Virus record (IMG/VR): IMGVR_UViG_3300028797_000113
DNA: 43,810 nt
Reading direction: 5' to 3' (one strand)
Origin: a virus
Lineage: Duplodnaviria; Heunggongvirae; Uroviricota; Caudoviricetes
The notes under the pieces are model-generated. The model was not told the origin of the DNA. It saw nothing but the letters and a program-made list of their open reading frames with translations, and searched no databases. Shown piece after piece: positions 9,855 through 18,800 of the stretch; positions within the stretch are counted from its first letter, which is position 1; the number at the start of each line of letters is the position of its first letter. Position numbers and translations under genes: made by a program.

Positions 9855-9876
9855 GGGGAGGACGTTAATCCTCCCC
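9855..9876 (-). terminator. Hairpin after the TMP gene (GGGGAGGA-TTAACG-TCCTCCCC, then TATTCTTTT)
   Basis: Perfect 8-bp stem 6 nt after the stop codon; the U-tract is imperfect. Confidence 0.6.
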
Positions 9877-9882
9877 ACGTCT

Positions 9883-12800
9883 TTAATTAAAATATTGTGT
9901 TGCTCTTCTTGAGAGCTGTTCAAACTCACGGAATAGGTCGTTTGCTTTGCTTGCATCAGTGATGTTCGGCAAGGTAACATTAAACGTCTGGTTAATCGTT
10001 TGACCACCAGCGGGTGCTACCGCAATTTGACCACTCTTAATTCCGCTTGCTATTCCAACCGCCTGAGCCGCTATCGCATTCTGTAACGGAGAACTTGTTC
10101 CGCTCGCAAACGCGTGTAACATAGCAAACTTCTTCGGGTTAAATTGTTTCATGGGAACATACTTCGATTTAAGAATCTTTTCGGTTTCGTCCCCATTGAA
10201 TACTTTTTCGCCACCTTCCATCTTCATCAAGGTGGGCTTATCTACGATTGAAGCAGTGCCGTCATTGTGAAGTACAATTTCAGGTTTCAATTCACCAACG
10301 AGAGCATCGCCTGACGGTGCAGAATCTGTGCCCGAATACAAAGCCTTAATAAGTTTCTTACTTGCTTCATGTTCTGCATTTTCTCGTGCTTTTTCTGCAT
10401 TTTTCTGTTTCGCAGTTGCATCAGGTATCGAGGCTTTCATGGCTTGATCGTATGCTTTCTGTCCTTCTGCCTCAATATACTTATTACGCGCATCATTTGC
10501 CAGACCTATGGTGGGATATTTTGTGCCGTTAAATTCATACTTATTTTCGGGTTGTTTTGTTTCGGCCCTTTTTTCAGCTAACTTCCCGGGCGTTATGTTA
10601 GAGTTGCCGACATTTCCATTAGAATGTCCTGTCGGTGTGTTTCCACCTCCATTTCCGTCAGTGCCACCTGTACCACCTGTACCGCCTGTGCCTCCCGTAC
10701 CACCACTGGTGTTGACTGTACCACCGCCACTTGGATTGACGGGATTATTGGCTTCGGCCGTTCTTGCATCAAGATAAGCCTGCTTCTGTAATTGTTGCGC
10801 GGTTACGTACTGCTCCGTGAAACTTTCGAGTAGACTCAATCCGTTCATAATATTGGTTTCCCAATCAGGACCCAATATTTCAGTCGCTCTCAAATTATTC
10901 TGCGCTTCTTCGAGTTTGGATGATACCTTTCCCCACGCTTCAGAATACTCGTTGAGTTTCTTGATTTGATCGTCTATCGACTTAGTTTCAGACTCCATCG
11001 CATCTTGCAAAGATTTGATTTGTTTTTCATACTCTGCAACCTGCTTATTAGTACGCGCTTTTCTTAAATTATCTTCAGCGTCCGATATTCCCTGCAAGTC
11101 TGCCGCGTAATAGAAACCTCTCGACTCTGAATACATCAGTTTCGTTCTTTGATTTTGAGCGCGTGCCAATTCGTATTGTGCTTTGCTCAATTCTAAGTTT
11201 CTATCTATTTCGTCATTCTCATCCTGAAGGGCATCTATCTTCTTCTGAATTACTTCAATCTGTTCATTGTACGAGTTTTCGATTGTCTCTTTCTGTTTCT
11301 CTAACGCATCTGTTTCGTCTTGGAATCTCTTTTGTACGGCGCTAATTACCTTATCGTATTGCTGAACCTGTTTCTCATAAAGACTCGCAAGTTCATCATA
11401 ATAATCCTGCGCCTTAATCTTACCATCTCTGTAATACTGTTCGATGATTGCTCTTGACTTATCTACATGCGTCTGGAATGAAATAACGCCCGCATCAAGT
11501 TCGGCATCATACATCGCAAGAATTTTATCAAGGGCTTCCTTAAACGCTTCTCCTGCTTCCGAACCAGCATCTTTTGCAGAGTCAATCGCTCCGCCGTAGT
11601 CAAGGTTCAAGTCCATAGTGTAATCCAAATCAAATTGGTCATTGATTTGTTTGATGACTTCATCACTAATTACACCTACTTGTCCTAAAGCATCATTAGC
11701 CAGTTCTTGTGCCGCCGTAATTGAATTCCACTCTGCAACTGCGGCAGGATTTTTACCCCATATACGACTGTCATTCCCATATCTTGCCACGAATGAACTC
11801 ATCTGGGCATCGGCTACTTTCTTTTTCTCCTCAAAGTTCTGTTGGTTCTCCATCAGATACTTCAATTTACTAACTTGAGCACCGCCGATACCAGCCAACT
11901 TAATCAACTCCATCAAGTATTCGATATCATCTTCGTTTCTCAATGAAGCATCTTTTGCTAATTCTTTCTTCAGGGCAAATGCCGCAACGGCTTGTGCTGA
12001 TTTACCAGACAGGTCTGCCTCTTGCATAAGGAGTACAATTTCTTCTGCGGTAAGTTTATCCAGATTTTCAGTAGAAACAACTAAATCATCTCTACCTTTC
12101 TTCTCTTGAACTTCGGCATTCATTAACTGAAGAGTCGAACGGATTTCTCCTTCGATAGCCTCTTTGTTCTTTAATGCCGCTTCAACACTTTCCTCTGCGC
12201 TTTCTTTGGTAATACCAGATGCAATAAGTTGTTGTTTTACCCACTCCTTATTTTCTTGTGTCAATTCGGATAACGCACTCTGTTGTATTGCATATTCAGT
12301 AACAATATCATCAAAGTAATGTTGTAAATCCTTTTCTCCACTCATTACGGCTTGTTCAAATTCTTTGTAAGAATCTAAATCACCAAATGCATCTTGTATG
12401 CTCGATAAGGTAGAAGCATCAATAAACTCACCATTTTGGAATTTTTCATAAGCGTCTGCGAGATTGTCAACTCCGTTCTTATACGAATTTAGAACATCAA
12501 CTGCATTCTGTTGAGACATCGAATTGATGGTATCAATCATGCCAGATAATGCCTCATCCGCTTCTTCCGCAGATAATCCCAATTCCTCGATCATCTTGTT
12601 ATAAAAATCGTATTCCTTGAGAGTTGTTTCATCGAGTTTGCCTGCTTGTGCCAAACCAACAAGTTCATCTTTGACTTCTTGCCACGTGGTTGAGTAACCA
12701 GCCATGCCGTTAGAAGAAAGCAATTCTCCCAATCCTCTCACCTTGGCGTTCTGCTGAGCCGTGGCAAATGCTTTGTCGATGGCCTCTATGGCTTCGGTAG

Positions 12801-15800
12801 GATTCATAGAAGAATCAATAGCATCCAGAACTAACTGCATATTGTTGGCAGAATAGTCCTTAATCTTATCTTCCAACTCTTGTTTCTTTGTGTCTATCGT
12901 GCCGTTGTCAAGTATCTTTCGGATTTCCTGATTAAACTCATCATCTAATTTGGCATAATCTTCCAAGCCAGACGCTTTCTTTACTGCCTGCAAGAACTCT
13001 TGAGCGTGTTGTCTTTCTTCGTCGGTCGCGTCTTCGCCCAATTGATCCCACACTTGTCCAACGAGTGTGTTATATGCGTCTCCTAATTCTCTATACGTTT
13101 CACGATAATTTGTGTCTTTCGACTTATCTCCATACAACTTAGATAATAAATCTTCGTCCACGCCTTCAGTCCATTTAATAACTTCGTTAGTAAAAGCATT
13201 CATCATAACTTCGTCTGAAGCCATCTCTTGCTTAAATTCATCACTAACGTGACCTATAACAGACTGAGCAATCGTATGTTGATTATCCGACAACTCTATG
13301 TCGCCAATTTCAATATTGAAATCTAAAGTTGCCACAACCGACTGCGTATAATTATTCAGATATTCTTGAAGTTTTCTTCTGTTGTTATCCTGAATCATTA
13401 TCGCTTCTTTTTGAAGTTGAGCATAAGCACTTTCAGAAATTTCGGTCTTATATCCTTCTGACATATCAACAGTCGTGTATTGTGATATGCCTTGGAATTG
13501 TTTATTGCCTTTGAGCAATTCCGTGTTGCCACGCATCATATACGCCAATACATCGGAAAAACTCTTTGCCAATAAGAAGTCTACCAAATATCCTCTAAGC
13601 GGATAATCTCGCATCTGCATTGTGAAATCATCATACGAAGTGTTGAGTATTTGATCCCAAATGGTGTTCGTTCCAGCCTTTATATTGTCATATCCCAGTA
13701 CCTCGGGAGATGAATATGCTTGACGAAGACCGCCCTTTTGGACTACCATCTTTACCGCACTTATGGCTCTCTGATGCCACTTGGGGTTAAGATAATTGTT
13801 TAAGACATCCGCGTTGGCTTGTACGTTCTTAGGGTCTGCTGCTTCTTCAAGTCTTGCTCTTCGATATTCTCGATAGGCTGCTGTCAAACCTTCGACACTA
13901 TCTTTAACATCAATGATGGCATTGCCTTCGTTTGTCCATCCAGTCACCATCTCGGGCATTCTGTCGGCAATCTCGTTAGAAATTTCGTTGTAACGAGCAA
14001 ATTCATCCGCGCTTAGAGAAACATTGTTCCCTAAATCATCAACCTCTTTGCTTAAACGGACATACTCATCAGCGACATCTTTGATGTATTTATCATTGTC
14101 TTTTAATTCGTCAGTAATTTCCTTAATTTTGCTGGATGCTTCTATAGCCTTTTGCTCTAATTCGCTGGTGTATTTCATCAACTTTCTGATTCCGGCTACC
14201 GCTATAGAAATAGCAGCTATAACTGCAATAGTAGATATTGAAGCCATTACGGCATTAAACGCCTTGACTTGTCCTTCTGCTCTTTGTACTTGCGCACTAG
14301 CATTTTCTACGGCTATTCCGTATTCTTTCTCCGAAGTTATTCCTTTCGTCAAAAGCACCTTGGAAGACTGGTTAATTGCACCATCAAGGTCGCCGTGTTT
14401 CTCAATAAATTCGTCAATAGCCTTTGTGGGAATCGCGCCTTCGTATTGACTTAGCACTTTCTCTTGGAAGGTAGCATTGGCATATATCCTGCTCATATCT
14501 GCCGAAAGGGCTTCATTGAAATCAATACCCATCCATGGATTTCCAGCACCCACCCCAGCGAACTTAGCCAGTCCTCTGAACAATCCTTTTCCAGCCAGAC
14601 CGCCCGTCTGAGCGTCTCCAGTGTACGTAATAAATTTCACGGTTTCTTTGTTGAAGTTCGCTACACCGAGGGCAGCAGAACCAAGTAAGGCTATTACCTT
14701 CGGCAAAGCATCTCCAAGGCCGTTGAATATTGACAGCAACGCTGTACCCAAATCAATCGTATCTTTAATCAACTCTGAGTCTAATGCGTTCTGCTCAAGT
14801 TCTTGCAACTCATTCTTGAACTGTTGAGTCTTACCCACAATACTGTCAAGATATTTTGCGTTTTCTTCAGCCGCACTGCCAGCAGAATCAATTGCCGAGT
14901 TGTAAACATTTTCCAACAATTCGGGGTTCATTAAAATGGACGCTGCAATGTTGGAACGTACTTTACCAGCAAGTTCTTCAACCAAACCTTTAGCACGGTT
15001 CGTACCGTACTTTTTATCTTCTTCCTGAATCTCTTTGTATATCTTCGAAATTTCAAGTAAAATCGTGTATGTGTTCTTTAAGTTTCCGTTCGAATCAAGA
15101 ATGTCTACGCCTTGGCCATTGTTGGATGCAACTTTCGTATAATCCATAATGACTTTACGTTTCTTGGCTTCAGTGGAAACCACCCAATCATCCACTTCTT
15201 CTCCGAGTTCTTCGAGTTCTTGACGAATATCGTCATCTCCTTCTTTAACGCCAGCGATACGAAGTGAAATTGTTCTAATACCAGTACCTACTTTATTTGC
15301 GTCTTGGATAATTGCATTACCCGCGGTTACAAGAGCCGCAGCTTCATACAAATCGTTGCCTTGCGTTACCAGTGCCGCAGACGAAGCCTGTAAAGCGGTT
15401 GCTAACTGATCAGTAGCAATCGAATAGTTATTACCGATGTTGTTCAAAACGTCGATAATTTCTGTCTTATCAAGGTCTTTGTATGCCTGAGACATGGAAA
15501 CGAGCGCTTCCGTCGCCTGATTAATATTTTCAAATTCGGAAACATTAAATAGCGTGGTTGCAGCCTTAGCCGATTTCGACGCCTCATCCAGACTTTCGCC
15601 CAATCTCAACCAGTCAGCAGTAGACTGTTGCAACTGGACTGCCGTAGTACCCAACGCACCAGCGGTATCAAATGTTGTCTTCTGATATTCTTTTAACGTC
15701 TTAAGGGACTCATCAGACACTTTTCTCATTTCTGTGAGAGCAGTATCGAGTTCGGTAATTGTAGAAATCATCGAACGCATATAGCGAATAATATCCATGA

Positions 15801-18800
15801 AACTGAAGTAAGTCGCTATAAATTTCGCGTTCATGTCTTTCAATCTTTGGCCAACTTGACCTAAGAAAGTTTTACCAGCCCTTGCGGCTTCCATTTCTAC
15901 CTTGCGGAATGCCTCGGTAAGCCTATCTATAGACTCCTTAGATACATCCGTTTGACCTTCGAGGTTCCTCATCTGAGCAACTACGTCTTTCAGTTGATTC
16001 TGAAGGTCACCGGGCATATAGTTGGTCGCCAACATCTTTTCCGCTTTTGTGATATTTCTTTGCAGAACTGATTTATCACCAGTCAAAATCGCACCGCTCG
16101 GATTTCTCGATTCACTTCTAACTGCATTAATATATGTCAGTTCATCGTTAGTAAGATATTCTCCGTTTGCTTGGCGATTTTGAATCATCGCCTTAGCACG
16201 CGCAACTTTTTCTAAGTATTCGGGCATATAGACATTTCTATCCTTGCCTCTAACTTTACTGGACTCAATCGTCTCAAGGTCTTTTGCCAGCGCATTCATC
16301 TCACGTTGAGCCGCTATAGATGTCTGTATCTCAGCATTAATTTGTTTAAATTCTGCTTCAATAGAATCAAATGTAACAGCGTCTACCTTTCCTTGAGCTT
16401 GAATCTCTTGAAGATTCTCAAGGAACGCTTCGGCAGAAGCACGCGAACTTGCAAGTAAATCAGTATTTTCAAGCACGTTTGCCGTGGATGTTGCCATACT
16501 GTTAATGCGTTTAAATCTGTCTTCATCCGCTTTCTGAGAAGCCTTACGTTCCGCTACGTCTCGTTTATTGAGAGCGTCTTCCCACCAAGCAATATAAGAT
16601 TCTTCGGCTTTCTTCCTATCTTCGATTTCTTTCTGCTTTGCTTTAGCGGATGCTTGTCTTTCAGATACATCTCTGTCGTTTAAAGACTTCTCCCACCACG
16701 AAACATATGAATCTCTCTCTTGTTGTTTCTTTTGCGCTTCCAGTTTTTGTTGTCTTGCTAACGAATTGCGCTCAGCAGCCTCTCTTTCGTTTAAAGACTT
16801 CTCCCACCATGCTACATAAGATTCTCTTTCCTGTTGCTCTTTAGCGTCTCTCTCGTCAAGAGCCTTGGTCCACCAATTAGTATAGTCTTCGTTGGCTTTG
16901 ATGATCGCTTGAGCCTGAGCCTCTCCTTCTGCTTTTAATGCATCGTGAGTTGCCTGATAATTTTCTTCAGCAACACGACGTTTATCGCCTTCCACATAGT
17001 AGTCAATATCTTCTTGTGCGCGTTTCTCTGCTTCTATGGCTTCATATTGTTGCTTTGCTAACTCTTCTTGCGCTTCAATATTTTCCTTGTAACGCCGTTT
17101 GCCTTCTTCCCATTGCTGATTTGCAACGGCTTCTTGCTGTTCGACGCTTTTCTTATATGCATTCGCGCTGGCTTGATATTGCTTTTCGGCTAAAGATTCT
17201 TTTGCCTGCACAGTGTCTTTATATGCTGACAAATCTGCTTCATATTGTTTTTTAGCCGCTTTCTCTTGTGCCTCAATGTCTTTCTTATAGTCTTTATATC
17301 CTTGTGTATCTGCTATCTTTATTACGCCTTTTTGCAATGCCTTTTGTTCAAGTTTCTGATATCCTTCATCATTCAGTCCTTTGCTCTTGGCAAAGTTCTT
17401 CAGAGTTTTATATTTTGAATTTTTGAACTCACTCAGCAAAGCGGCGTATTTATCTCTGGGTTCTTTGTTGTTTCCAGTTGCAACCTGATAACCTTCTTGT
17501 GCAGTCTTGCCACCAACGTCTCCTCCGCCTTGAACGGTCTCTCCCTTTACAACGGCGTTAGCAATAATGCCAACATTTCTGTTGATGTTGCCAAGAAGTT
17601 GTTCAACTGTTCCTGTACTCTTCCCGGATTTAAGACCAAACAACTTGTCAATGTCGCTTAAAGGTACGTTTCTTATATCGTCGAAATCTAAGGTCTTCAT
17701 CCAACTCTTAAACTTGGGAGCCTTTTTACCTTCGGCCGTATATACATCGCTTATTTCTTTCCAAGCCTGTTCCAGATTTCTTTGTAATCCGATTTGTGTT
17801 CTATCAAGCCTGTTTAAATCAGGAAATTCTTTTTGCAATGCTGCTTCATCAACTTCCATCTGAGCATAATACGTCATCACATCTTTGAAAAACTGTTTGT
17901 TTCTCTTGGCGATGTTCATATTAAGGACGGAAATTTGATTTTGAGATGCAATAAACTGCTTGCTGACACCTTCGTCCATCATTCCATAAAAGGTTTGCAT
18001 GTCACCATGAGAAGGTACCGCATAACGAGACGGATGCCAGTGTCCTGCAACATTATAATCGTTGCCCTTAAAATAATCTGTTAAACTATTTAATAATTCA
18101 GCAGAAATACTGCCCGCTAATCCAGTGACACCACTAGGCGTTGCCTGTCCTGTTTTGGAGTTTGCAAACATGGTTCTTTCTCTGTCGTAAGACGCTTGAG
18201 AACCCATTTCCTTTGCAATACGTAACAGAGCATTCTTTTCCACAGCGGTTATAGGATTGTCGGTTTCAGAATCTTTTTCAATCTTAGTGTTGCCTGCAAT
18301 AATGCCAGACTTTATCATGTCCGCAATATTTTTAGACATCTCGCTTCCGCTGGTTAAAGGATTAGACGTGTTGGCAATTTGCTTAACATCTCTCGCAATA
18401 TCAGCAACATCGTTCTTGATAATGTTAATAGGCTCTTCGGGAGTATGTTGGTCTGCCTTTTCTTGAGTCACTTTCCTACGCTTGTTAACATACTCTTGGA
18501 ATTTTTCCTTAGTCGTTTTTTCTTGAGGTTGAGGTTCCTCCACCTTACCCGACAACTGATCGTTGCACTTCTTTACGGCGTTTGCCATTTCATCTAAAGC
18601 AACTGTTGCAATAGAGATGTTTTCGGTGAATTTATCTAACGGAACTTCTGTTGTCGCGGTTTGTTTATCAGTATTCGCAGACAATCTTCCAAGTAAATCA
18701 TACTGCGTAACCATCAAGTTGATAAACTTGCCTAATTCATCTAAGGCTCTAAATGCTTTTTGTAATCCGGTTTGAGGCAAAACCGGTTGCATTTCTCCGT

